In this document: positions 19,624 to 28,158 of the stretch, in pieces
Layout: every line of letters begins with the position of its first letter
Position numbering within the stretch: position 1 is the first letter of the stretch
Source: a virus
Length of the DNA stretch: 64,000 nucleotides
Virus record (IMG/VR): IMGVR_UViG_3300021093_000006
Direction: 5' to 3' (one strand)
Program-made: the position numbers and the translations under genes
Notes under the pieces: model-generated
The model's database searches: none
Seen by the model: the letters and a program-made list of their open reading frames with translations, nothing else
Told to the model about the DNA's origin: nothing

Positions 19624-19648
19624 AAAACCCAACTTTAAATTGGGTTTT
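19624..19648. terminator. Hairpin / bidirectional terminator-like element
   Basis: AAAACCCAA-N7-TTGGGTTTT. Confidence 0.5.
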
Positions 19649-19675
19649 AAAAAATTTAAAATTTTTGTTAAAAAT

Positions 19676-19706
19676 TTTGTTTATTAAAAATATAATTATA
19701 TATTTG
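19676..19706 (+). promoter_or_regulatory. Bacteroidota-type housekeeping promoter TTTG-N19-TATATTTG
   Basis: TTTG at 19676-19679 and TATATTTG at 19699-19706 match the Bacteroidota -33/-7 consensus. Confidence 0.55.
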
Positions 19707-19721
19707 TATAACATAAATCTT

Positions 19722-20060
19722 ATGACTAAAATACAAAAAGAGGCAGAACTTTATAAAAATGTTTCTGATTCCAAACTTAGAAGAGTAATTTTAAATTATA
19801 AATTTTTGTCTTTATCTAATTCAAAAAATTTTAATTTTATTATAACATTATTATTTTTATTGATACCTTATTTTATAATATGTAAAATAAATTTATTTAC
19901 TTTATCTTTAATAATATTGTCACATTTTTTTATTTTTTGGAAATACCTTTATGAGAAAAAAAACTGGAAAATGGTAAGTGACAAAGATAAAGTTGAGGTA
20001 GATGAAATAATTAAAATATTAGAATCATACAAAGAACAAAGAAAAACCCCTAAAAAATAG
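19722..20060 (+). CDS. Small two-TM membrane protein
   Basis: ATG at 19722 (in frame with the track ORF) follows the promoter; hydrophobic FNFIITLLFLLIPYFIICKINLFTLSLIILSHFFIFWKY. Confidence 0.55.
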   Translation: MTKIQKEAELYKNVSDSKLRRVILNYKFLSLSNSKNFNFIITLLFLLIPYFIICKINLFTLSLIILSHFFIFWKYLYEKKNWKMVSDKDKVEVDEIIKILESYKEQRKTPKK

Positions 20061-20069
20061 GGGTTTTTT
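20042..20069. terminator. Bidirectional intrinsic terminator
   Basis: AAAAACCCCTA-N5-TAGGGGTTTTTT between convergent genes. Confidence 0.7.
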
Positions 20070-20070
20070 A

Positions 20071-20664
20071 TTATATTCCTGTTCTTCTGTATTTCATGTT
20101 TCTTCCACCTAACACTAAAGCTAAACCTGCAGCAACCATTGCAACTGATATTGGACCAGCATAGTTACCTAGACCTAACGAATCTACATACTGATGAATT
20201 TTTTGAGTTAACAAAAATTCTGACCAACCCATAAAAGAACCTAAAGCGGATACTGCACCTGTTAAAGCTAAACCTGCTCCTCCACCCATCATTGCCTTTT
20301 CCATATATTCTGCGTTCCTACCACCCATATTTCTAGGTAAATCTTCATTTTCTCTAAGATATCTTTCCGCTAAATTACTAGCATTAGAAGAATCTACTTT
20401 AGATTGTAAAATACTTACTTCAGTAGGATCTAATTCAGGTAAAACATTTTGTTCTAAAAAGTCAGCAATTAGCTCAATTACTTCACCTCTACTTAATTCC
20501 CCTTCGTCATTCATACCCATTAATTCATCTCGACTATAATCAGATAAATTTAAATTTCCAAATCTTGGGTGTACATCATCCATGCCACCCATATCTTCTT
20601 TAATTACTCTTTTAACTATTCTTCTTAAATCAGATTCAGTTAATCTAACTACTCTTCTTTTCAT
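20071..20664 (-). CDS. Leader-cassette protein with a C-terminal hydrophobic hairpin
   Basis: MKRRVVRLTESDLRRIVKRVIKE leader; GGGAGLALTGAVSALGSFMGW and AGPISVAMVAAGLALVLGG. Confidence 0.5.
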   Translation of the reverse strand: MKRRVVRLTESDLRRIVKRVIKEDMGGMDDVHPRFGNLNLSDYSRDELMGMNDEGELSRGEVIELIADFLEQNVLPELDPTEVSILQSKVDSSNASNLAERYLRENEDLPRNMGGRNAEYMEKAMMGGGAGLALTGAVSALGSFMGWSEFLLTQKIHQYVDSLGLGNYAGPISVAMVAAGLALVLGGRNMKYRRTGI

Positions 20665-21225
20665 CTTTATAATTTATTTTAATTTTTTTTAGTAAATTAT
20701 TCATAATTATTGTTTTTTATAAATCATTCCACCAACCTGGACCACCACAACCGTATTTTTTTCCACTTGATTTTTTAACAATTAAAAATATTATAATTAT
20801 CAATAAAATCGCTGCGATTGCAATTAATACACTTGCAGAAATAGAAACACCTGCAATAATTATAGGGGCCAAATTTTCATTTATTGCTCCTGCAGATTCT
20901 GCTTTTTGTTTTTGTTGTTTAATTTCTCTTCTAAGATTAATTAATTCTTTAACACTTTTACCACTAACTGCATTTCCAAAATTTTTGATAAACTCTATCG
21001 CCTCTTCTTTTTTGTCGGCAGGTAAAGCGTTTAATGTTTTTGTAACCCAACCTGGTACTCCTTTAGCTGAACAGTATTGTGCAACATCAACATCTTTCAC
21101 CACTTCATCAGCTTGAGCGGTTTCGTCTTCTTCTTTGATAACTCTTCGAACTATTCGAGTCAAATCTGACTCAGTTAATCTAACTAATCTTCTTTTCATC
21201 TTTATAATTTATTTTAATTTTTTTT
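20596..21225 (-). repeat. Duplicated 5' cassette (UTR plus ~23 codons) at 20596-20690 and 21131-21225
   Basis: 26 nt identical leader plus ATGAAAAGAAGA (38 nt identical); the peptides match at 20/23 aa. Confidence 0.85.
20717..21199 (-). CDS. Leader-cassette protein with a C-terminal TM helix
   Basis: MKRRLVRLTESDLTRIVRRVIKE leader; AINENLAPIIIAGVSISASVLIAIAAILLIIIIFLIVKK. Confidence 0.5.
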   Translation of the reverse strand: MKRRLVRLTESDLTRIVRRVIKEEDETAQADEVVKDVDVAQYCSAKGVPGWVTKTLNALPADKKEEAIEFIKNFGNAVSGKSVKELINLRREIKQQKQKAESAGAINENLAPIIIAGVSISASVLIAIAAILLIIIIFLIVKKSSGKKYGCGGPGWWNDL

Positions 21226-21227
21226 AT

Positions 21228-21575
21228 TTAATATGAACCTCCAGTAGTTCCAGGTACTTTAACTCTATCTCCATCTGAACCGCCCATTTTACCAGCAACA
21301 CATCTAGAAATAGGTTCTATTTTACTAAGAATTATTTTTGCCGTTTTTGGATTCATACTCGTTCCACATTCTAATGCTTTAGTAACATCTTTATCAACAA
21401 TCATTGTTACACACGCTTCAGGTATTTCAGTCAAATCTGTTAAAGTTGTATTTTCTTTAATACAATCAAGAACCGCAGTTTCTGGGTCAACACTTTCTCT
21501 TAAAAGTTTTTTTACAATTCTTCTCATATCTGATTCAGATAAAGTAATCGTTTTTCCGTTTTTTCTAATTTTCAT
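21228..21575 (-). CDS. Small leader-cassette protein with four Cys
   Basis: MKIRKNGKTITLSESDMRRIVKKLLRE leader; short helical body with 4 Cys. Confidence 0.45.
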   Translation of the reverse strand: MKIRKNGKTITLSESDMRRIVKKLLRESVDPETAVLDCIKENTTLTDLTEIPEACVTMIVDKDVTKALECGTSMNPKTAKIILSKIEPISRCVAGKMGGSDGDRVKVPGTTGGSY

Positions 21576-21597
21576 CTCTTTTTATTTTAATTTATTT

Positions 21598-21621
21598 ATT
21601 GGGGGATTTACCCCCCCCAAT
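21598..21621. other. GC hairpin downstream of the sheath gene
   Basis: ATTGGGGG...CCCCCAAT; no U-run on the minus strand, so perhaps an RNA-stability or processing element rather than a terminator. Confidence 0.35.
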
Positions 21622-21641
21622 TTATTGTTATTATTTATTAA

Positions 21642-24491
21642 TTAAATATCATCAAAACTTGCTCCTGTGTTAGTAATATTAAATTCTATCGAAATATATT
21701 CTAAAGATCTTGTTGGTTTAATAAATATTCTACCATTTAATTCATTTCTATCTATTGATTCTGGAGTATCATCTAATGTTACTCTAAAGTCAGTTAAACC
21801 TCTTTCTTTTCTAATATTATCTAATATTGGGTTAACTAAACTTAGGAATTGATTTCTTACTACATCGTCATTTTGTTCAAATAGTAGTCTGATAGAAACT
21901 GCCGATATAAGTTTTCTAGCCTGTAGTAACAATCTTCTAACATTAATTCTATTAAGAGCACTTTCTCTAACTTGTAATGTTTTGTTACCAAATATAACTA
22001 CACCTACATCTGAGAATGTTGCCATAGGATTAATTCTTCCTTCATAAAGATCATCTCTATCATCTAATTTAAGTTTAACTCTAGCTTTAATTGCCGTAGT
22101 TGTACCTCTATTTAAACCTGCCGCTGCGAACCAAGGGAATGCTACGTTATCAGTTAATGCGATGTTTCTTACAACTTCTACTGTTGGTGGTAACCATACG
22201 TATCTATTGTTTTCTGTGTCATTCATTTGTAACCAAGGCCAATATGTGGCAGAATAGTTAGAATCGATTCCAGAATCCTCAATGATATCGACTGCTTCAC
22301 CTGGAGTTAATGCTACACCATCTACGTCAACATCAGGTGTTGTAATAATATAAAGTGAATCTGCTCTATCAGTTTCAACCATATCAACCGCATTTTCAAT
22401 CAAACTGATATTGTCTCTTAAATCTATACCTGGTGTAGCAAATACATTTATATTTACCGCTTCAGGATTATTATAAGTATAAATACCATTTAAATATGCG
22501 TAATAGTCAGAAGTAATTCCATCATCACCTTCAGAGGTGATAAATGTATTAAATATCCCTTTAGTTAAACCTAATGAACCTTTAGTCCCATTCTTAGTAT
22601 AAGAATCTCCGTTAGTTCTTTTAGTTCTATACTCATCCCAACCATCCCATCCACCAAAAGGTGCAAAAGTGAATTTTCTTGCTGCCACTTTTTCATAAGG
22701 ACCACCGATTAAAGATGCGTCAGTTGTAAAAGCTGAAATACCTACCTGTAATGTTGGGATATAACTTTGATCACCTAAATCTATTAAAGAGTTAGTAGCA
22801 TTAACATCTAAATGGAAACCATCTGTTTTTCCAGTATAAACACCATCATTAACTGCATTTAAACCTTTATAATCAAAGAAGTCTTGATCTACCCCAATAT
22901 CACTATTTAAACCTAAATATGTTTTTCTTAATTTAGATGTATTGAAATCAGAATATTTAGTTTTATATTCGATTTTTGGTGGTAAAGCAGTTCTATTAGA
23001 ACCAATATAAGTTCTATTTAAAACACCCTCAAAACCTGCTGGAAAATGGTTAGCCAAATCTGGATCATTTCCATCCCACAATTCTACCATTATATATTTA
23101 CTTCTTAATGGAAATTCACCATCTGTTGTACCAATTTTTCTAGCAATAAATCCAATAGAAGCACTATCCATAGAAAGTGAAGAGAATTTCTCGACAACAC
23201 TAGGATTAGCATCTGTATCATTAAATTTTCTAACAATTAAATCAAAAGTTTTGTTATCTGGTTGAATATTTAAAATTGAAAATTTAACGTCTTGATTCGC
23301 CGTATTACCATCAGATATTGTTACTAATCTAAATAATCTTTGTAATGTAGAACCTACACCAACACCTTTTACTTCTGAAAGAACCCAAGGTGATGCAGCA
23401 GTTTTCCAACTTTCTAAATAATTATTTAAGTTATTTGTGATTGTATAATCGATGTTAACGAATGATACATCCAAACCTCTTACTTTGTTAGCACTAATTA
23501 AATCTTCTAAAACATTATTATAAATCTCCTCAACCCATAATTCAGTCTCTTTATCTTGTGTAGATTGCCCAAATACTCTAGGTAAGAAATTCTTTTTAGT
23601 TTTGTCCATAGAAACCTCATAATTGAAGTTATCTCCATTGTATGTAACACCAGATATATTAAATGAAGCCAATGCATTTGATGGTAAATTGGAAGTATTT
23701 GTCATTAATGTATCAGTTACTCCCGTTACATAATATGTTAAATTTTCTAATCCATCGTAGAATCCTCTAGATCTTAAAGTAGCGATAACACTACCATCTA
23801 TATCTGTATAACAACTAGCCGTATAACTAACAACTGTACCACTTGTAGTACCTGTTACAAATCCTGCTGATGCATTACCTTCTGAAATAACTTCTAAATC
23901 AAATGTTGCCCCACTAAAATTACATCCTGTTTTTACATAATAAGGTGTAGTTACATTTATTGTATCACCTGTATTTAATAACCCTATATTCGAAAAGAAT
24001 CCATTAATTTGGTTATCATTATATAAAGCAGTTAAATTAGGGTCATTAAAAGTAATAGTTACTGGTAATCCCGCAGTAGTTGCAGAATATGTCATTAAAA
24101 CACCATACGATGTAGTATTTGTAATACCTGTAGTAGAAGGATCTGCAGAAGAATCTAATGTGATTGACCATGCATTTCCTGCCTTATATCCCGATAAACC
24201 TAAAATTCTACTAACGTATAATTGATTAGTTTGTGTTAGGAATGATTTTGCAATGTAATTTAATTCATATTTATTGAACCCACTAGCTTTGAATTTTTCG
24301 GGATTTAACCCACCAAAATAACTAATGAATTCATCGTAATTAGATATGAAAACTGGTTCAAACGCTGGACCTTTAGGTGTTTCACCTAATAATCCTAACG
24401 TAGTAACCCCAACCTGTCTAGTTACAAATGTTAAGTCTTTTTCTGAAGTAAAAACTCCAGGACTCACAAAAATTCTGTCTGTTGATGCCAT
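21642..24491 (-). CDS. Contractile tail sheath protein (T4 gp18-like)
   Basis: VSPGVFTSEKD...GETPKGPAFEP N-terminus; WFAAAGLNRG, RINPMATF...VIFGNKTL...LNRINVRRLL...LFEQND...FIKPTRSLEYISIEF C-terminus. Confidence 0.9.
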   Translation of the reverse strand: MASTDRIFVSPGVFTSEKDLTFVTRQVGVTTLGLLGETPKGPAFEPVFISNYDEFISYFGGLNPEKFKASGFNKYELNYIAKSFLTQTNQLYVSRILGLSGYKAGNAWSITLDSSADPSTTGITNTTSYGVLMTYSATTAGLPVTITFNDPNLTALYNDNQINGFFSNIGLLNTGDTINVTTPYYVKTGCNFSGATFDLEVISEGNASAGFVTGTTSGTVVSYTASCYTDIDGSVIATLRSRGFYDGLENLTYYVTGVTDTLMTNTSNLPSNALASFNISGVTYNGDNFNYEVSMDKTKKNFLPRVFGQSTQDKETELWVEEIYNNVLEDLISANKVRGLDVSFVNIDYTITNNLNNYLESWKTAASPWVLSEVKGVGVGSTLQRLFRLVTISDGNTANQDVKFSILNIQPDNKTFDLIVRKFNDTDANPSVVEKFSSLSMDSASIGFIARKIGTTDGEFPLRSKYIMVELWDGNDPDLANHFPAGFEGVLNRTYIGSNRTALPPKIEYKTKYSDFNTSKLRKTYLGLNSDIGVDQDFFDYKGLNAVNDGVYTGKTDGFHLDVNATNSLIDLGDQSYIPTLQVGISAFTTDASLIGGPYEKVAARKFTFAPFGGWDGWDEYRTKRTNGDSYTKNGTKGSLGLTKGIFNTFITSEGDDGITSDYYAYLNGIYTYNNPEAVNINVFATPGIDLRDNISLIENAVDMVETDRADSLYIITTPDVDVDGVALTPGEAVDIIEDSGIDSNYSATYWPWLQMNDTENNRYVWLPPTVEVVRNIALTDNVAFPWFAAAGLNRGTTTAIKARVKLKLDDRDDLYEGRINPMATFSDVGVVIFGNKTLQVRESALNRINVRRLLLQARKLISAVSIRLLFEQNDDVVRNQFLSLVNPILDNIRKERGLTDFRVTLDDTPESIDRNELNGRIFIKPTRSLEYISIEFNITNTGASFDDI

Positions 24492-24537
24492 TTAATTTAA
24501 TTTATTTTTTATCTTATTATTTATTAATTTCTTTAAA

Positions 24538-24546
24538 TATAAATAT
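24538..24546 (-). promoter_or_regulatory. Putative late promoter ATATTTATA (sheath)
   Basis: Motif upstream of the A-rich sheath leader. Confidence 0.55.
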
Positions 24547-24570
24547 ATTGATTTTTTAGAAAAAATATTT

Positions 24571-24624
24571 TTTGTGTTGTATAACACAAATTTAGTATGA
24601 TTTTTATATTACTTTTGTCATACT
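24571..24624. promoter_or_regulatory. Operator-like inverted repeats between divergent promoters
   Basis: TTTGTGTT-GTAT-AACACAAA (24571-24590) and AGTATGA-N17-TCATACT (24594-24624). Confidence 0.4.
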
Positions 24625-24627
24625 TAC

Positions 24628-24636
24628 ATATTTATA
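24628..24636 (+). promoter_or_regulatory. Putative late promoter ATATTTATA
   Basis: 4 nt upstream of the ATG at 24641. Confidence 0.45.
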
Positions 24637-24640
24637 TGGT

Positions 24641-24790
24641 ATGAAAAGAGATAAGAATTTAAAAATTACCCCTATGACTCATAAAATTTTAAAAGATTAT
24701 TGTGAACAAAATGGTTTAAAGATGTTTTCTTTTGTAGAAAAATTAATAAAAGAAAAATGTCTCAAACCTAAAGATATATACGGTGAATAA
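24641..24790 (+). CDS. Small ribbon-helix-helix DNA-binding protein (49 aa)
   Basis: Not in the ORF track. MKRDKNLKITPMTHKILKDYCEQNGLKMFSFVEKLIKEKCLKPKDIYGE* shows an alternating beta strand followed by two helices. Confidence 0.6.
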   Translation: MKRDKNLKITPMTHKILKDYCEQNGLKMFSFVEKLIKEKCLKPKDIYGE

Positions 24791-25033
24791 TAAAATTATA
24801 GTATTTTTAGTTATCGTCCCTAAAACTTTTGGTTCTAATTGATACATTCCTGATATTAAACCAATATCAGTTATATTTATGGATGATATGTATGAAAACC
24901 CGTATGTTAGAGAAAATGGTTGGGATCCTGAAAGTTGTACCAATTTTAACCAATTAGAATCATTAATGAAAAATGATTAGTAATACAATTATAATTTATA
25001 TAACCCCTCTACCACATTTTTTTCGGATTGTTT

Positions 25034-25042
25034 ATATTTATA
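25034..25042 (+). promoter_or_regulatory. Putative late promoter ATATTTATA
   Basis: 15 nt upstream of the ATG at 25058. Confidence 0.5.
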
Positions 25043-25057
25043 ATTAAACAAAATACT

Positions 25058-26143
25058 ATGAGAACAATTAATGAATATAATAAAAGATTTTATCAATTAA
25101 TTGAGTCAACGATCGGTGATGTAAAACCATTAATTAATGAGGATGAGAAAGATCCTGGAGAAGGAATAAATACTTATGGTTATGCTATGGGTACTTACCC
25201 AACCTGTATTGATGCCCGTGTCATCTGTCCAGGAGGAACCAATGGTGATTGGGAGGGATCATTACCTAAAGTGTTGGAAATATGTAGTTTAACTAACTTA
25301 ACACCAGGCTCTCAAAAAAGATGGAAAAAACTTACTGCTTCAGGAAACATATCCAATCACTGGTGCGGTTTACCATATCAATATGGTGTTGATTTACCAA
25401 CATACGGAAAATTAGGTTATCAACAATATGAAAAAATTAAAGAGGGATTATTAAGTAAGGGTTGGATAACAGAGGCCGATGCTAAAAGTAGCAATTGGAA
25501 ACCCAAATATGGAAATTATACAACATTTAAACATGACGGTTTTAAATGTCAAGTTTTGTGGTATTCTGATGAAGATCATGAAAATCATATACATGTTGGT
25601 TGTAAAAAAGAAAACCCGTCAGTTAATGTAATGTCTGAAGATTGTACATATGAAGATTCTATTACTGTTCCTAAATTAACCATACCCGAATTCAAAAAAA
25701 TATGGGAAGATAAAGTTGAAAAACAAATAAAGGTGGTTTTTATAACTAAAGATCCTACCATTTCTAGACCCGATTTAGTTAAGGTAGTTCCATTTAAAGA
25801 TGCTGATTTAACTCTTGAGTATAAATACATAGAGTATGCAGAAATAAAATTTGTTGGTGATGGTACTAATGGTGTTAGTATAATTGCCTTAGGTGAAAGA
25901 AAAATTGATGAACTAACCCCTTCTATGTTTTTTATAGATGTTTACAAATCTGACAAAAATGGTATGAGTGTCGGAAAAAGAAAAAGATTTGGAGATTTAG
26001 AAACCCAAAGTATTGGTACTTTAGAAACCGCAGCGCTTGACGCTAAAAATTACTTTTTCGATCTTTGTAAACAATTTAAAGAGTATCCATATTCTAAAGA
26101 AGGACCTAAAGAATTTGAAAACCAAAACCCTTTTGAAATTTGA
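25058..26143 (+). CDS. Leader-cassette protein with an M15-like zinc peptidase domain
   Basis: Start moved to ATG 25058 (after the motif). Leader MRTINEYNKRFYQLIES...PLINE; TASGNISNH...GVDLP...HENHIHVG gives H, D and HxH zinc ligands. Confidence 0.5.
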   Translation: MRTINEYNKRFYQLIESTIGDVKPLINEDEKDPGEGINTYGYAMGTYPTCIDARVICPGGTNGDWEGSLPKVLEICSLTNLTPGSQKRWKKLTASGNISNHWCGLPYQYGVDLPTYGKLGYQQYEKIKEGLLSKGWITEADAKSSNWKPKYGNYTTFKHDGFKCQVLWYSDEDHENHIHVGCKKENPSVNVMSEDCTYEDSITVPKLTIPEFKKIWEDKVEKQIKVVFITKDPTISRPDLVKVVPFKDADLTLEYKYIEYAEIKFVGDGTNGVSIIALGERKIDELTPSMFFIDVYKSDKNGMSVGKRKRFGDLETQSIGTLETAALDAKNYFFDLCKQFKEYPYSKEGPKEFENQNPFEI

Positions 26144-26641
26144 GATTGTTGGGGTGAAAATTAAAGAACCGTTTTTACCTGATAGAGTTCCTCCATTCTC
26201 AACTAAGTTGGTGTTGATACCTGAAGCATAAACTTTAAATTGTGATACGGCAATGATTGTAAAAGTTGCAGGACTAGATCCACCCACAACTGTTATTGTA
26301 TCACCAACCGCATAATTAGTACCCCTACTAACTATAGTTGTATTTGTTATACCATTTGCATTAGTAACACTAAGAGTTAATCCTGTTCCAGAACTACTTG
26401 TTGTAGTTGTTTTAGTACCTGTCGTATAACCCGCACCTGTAACTCCATTACCAATAGATGTTACAGAGTTATTTGATGAAGTTGATCTAATAGGTGTTGC
26501 TTGTGGTACATTACTTATAAGTGTACCACCATCTATAATAACTTTACCTGATGTAAATTGTATAGGTGAGGCATCTAATGAATAATATGCAGTAGTTGAC
26601 GGTGAATTTATTTTACCTAATTGGTTAGGTTGTGAAGAATT
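26021..26641 (-). pseudogene. Start-less fragment of a tail fibre/structural gene
   Basis: 206-codon open frame after a TGA with no ATG; T/S/G-rich with GTGLTLSVTNANGITNTTIVSRGTNYAVGDTITVVGG. Confidence 0.55.
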
Positions 26642-26798
26642 TCACTCATCTCATAGAGCAAACCTTTTATGTAAAGATTTTGAATACTACACAAAACATG
26701 ATTGGACTGAAATTCCTGATGATCCTTATGTTTGGTTAGATGATAAAGGTATGTGGTATAAACAAATAGTTGGTAGCAAAGAACGTGTTTTTTTTTAA
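26586..26798 (+). pseudogene. C-terminal fragment of a pyrimidine-dimer DNA glycosylase family protein (T4 endonuclease V superfamily, MSMEG_6728-like)
   Basis: After TAA at 26583: ...LPNWLGCEEFHSSHRANLLCKDFEYY...DDPYVW...*; the N-terminal catalytic part and start codon are absent. Confidence 0.6.
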
Positions 26799-26805
26799 AC
26801 CTAAA

Positions 26806-28158
26806 TTAATCCACTTGATTGATAGTAACAATTAAAGATGGTATTGCGGGTACATTTCCAGAAGGAGGTTGACTTTTTATGAATAATTGGTTATCAACAT
26901 TACTATTTATTTCCCACAATAATGAAACATATTCGTTTGGTGTTGTTGTTTCAAAAAAGAAATTCCAAGCCACAACAACATACGAATTTGATGGGAATCC
27001 AATCTGACTTCCACTATTAGGGACATCAAGACCGTTTTGAGAAAGCCATATATGAGCATGAGTTGCACTATTACCTCCCGTTTTTACCATTTGCGCACTA
27101 AATGCCAAATTATATACCCCTGGTATAGCTATATAAAATTTGTGCCCAGTACAAGTAATTCCATTATTCCAAGAATCTGGTGTATTTGCAGACATACTTA
27201 ATATTGAGCCTGCAACACCTGTTTGGTCTGTAGTGTCATAAAATGAACCAAAATATTTAGTTGTTTCAGGTAAATTTAAATACGTTGTTGCGGATATTGT
27301 TGAAGATTCTATATTTGTTTGACCTGTTAATATGCCATTTTCCCAATCTAGTGATACATTTCCAACGCTATCATAAGCTCTTCTGTTTTCCCAATCTAGT
27401 GATACGTTGCTAGAGCTATCGTAATCTGTTCTGAGTTCCCAACTTAGTGACGGCATTCCAGCGCCATCATAAGCTGCTTTGCCTTCCCACTCTATTGATA
27501 CATTTCCAGTGCTATCGTAAGCTGCTCTGCCGTCCCAATTCAAAGACACATTACCTAAATTATCGTAAAGTTCTCTTGTGAATGTATCTACGTTGTTAAA
27601 GTTGCTTGAATCTTTTATTATTGTATCTCCTGTAATAATTAAACCTGAAGTAAAATACGTTACACCTGTCACAGTTCCACCACTTAAAGGTAAATAATTA
27701 CCCGTAACATTATCAGGTAGATTTTGATATGTTGTAGCAGATATTGTACTTGCAGTTAATCCTTTTAATGATGTGTCACCAGTAACAGTTAAATTTCCAT
27801 TCACAGTAAGACCAGACATAACATCTATTGTCGCACTAAGTATATTACCTGAAGTGTCTGTTATTGTAAATGTGTTTTCATTATCATATGTGAAATCAGA
27901 TATACCTGAAGTTCCAGAAATAATACTATTTATATCTCTATATTGAACCAATCCTGTTATATTATCGATAACTAATATCCTATTAAGGGTATTATCGTTA
28001 GAAATTACATTTAATTTTAACTGATCTTGCACAGTTATTGGAGAACATCCATAAATATTGCTTGTCCATATACCTGTACAGGCAGTAATAGTCTCAAACT
28101 CATTTGTGTTTATAACAATATAATTTTGTTTTATATTTGAGTTATCACAACTACTCAT
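26806..28158 (-). CDS. Tail fibre/spike protein with 14-aa repeats and a C1q/BclA-like C-terminal domain
   Basis: T/S/G-rich shaft; YDSxGNVSLDWExRxA repeats; C-terminal YFGSFYDTTDQ...GVYNLAFSAQM...VVAWNFF...PAIPSLIVTINQV. Confidence 0.6.
   Translation of the reverse strand: MSSCDNSNIKQNYIVINTNEFETITACTGIWTSNIYGCSPITVQDQLKLNVISNDNTLNRILVIDNITGLVQYRDINSIISGTSGISDFTYDNENTFTITDTSGNILSATIDVMSGLTVNGNLTVTGDTSLKGLTASTISATTYQNLPDNVTGNYLPLSGGTVTGVTYFTSGLIITGDTIIKDSSNFNNVDTFTRELYDNLGNVSLNWDGRAAYDSTGNVSIEWEGKAAYDGAGMPSLSWELRTDYDSSSNVSLDWENRRAYDSVGNVSLDWENGILTGQTNIESSTISATTYLNLPETTKYFGSFYDTTDQTGVAGSILSMSANTPDSWNNGITCTGHKFYIAIPGVYNLAFSAQMVKTGGNSATHAHIWLSQNGLDVPNSGSQIGFPSNSYVVVAWNFFFETTTPNEYVSLLWEINSNVDNQLFIKSQPPSGNVPAIPSLIVTINQVD
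27334..27567 (-). repeat. About 5.5 degenerate 42-bp (14-aa) repeats
   Basis: YDNLGNVSLNWDGRAAYDSTGNVSIEWEGKAAYD...YDSVGNVSLDWENG. Confidence 0.8.

Noticed and set aside
24743-24943. 66-aa minus-strand ORF
   Set aside because: TTG start, no upstream signal, and it runs into the RHH gene on the other strand. Treated as part of the mosaic zone rather than as a gene.
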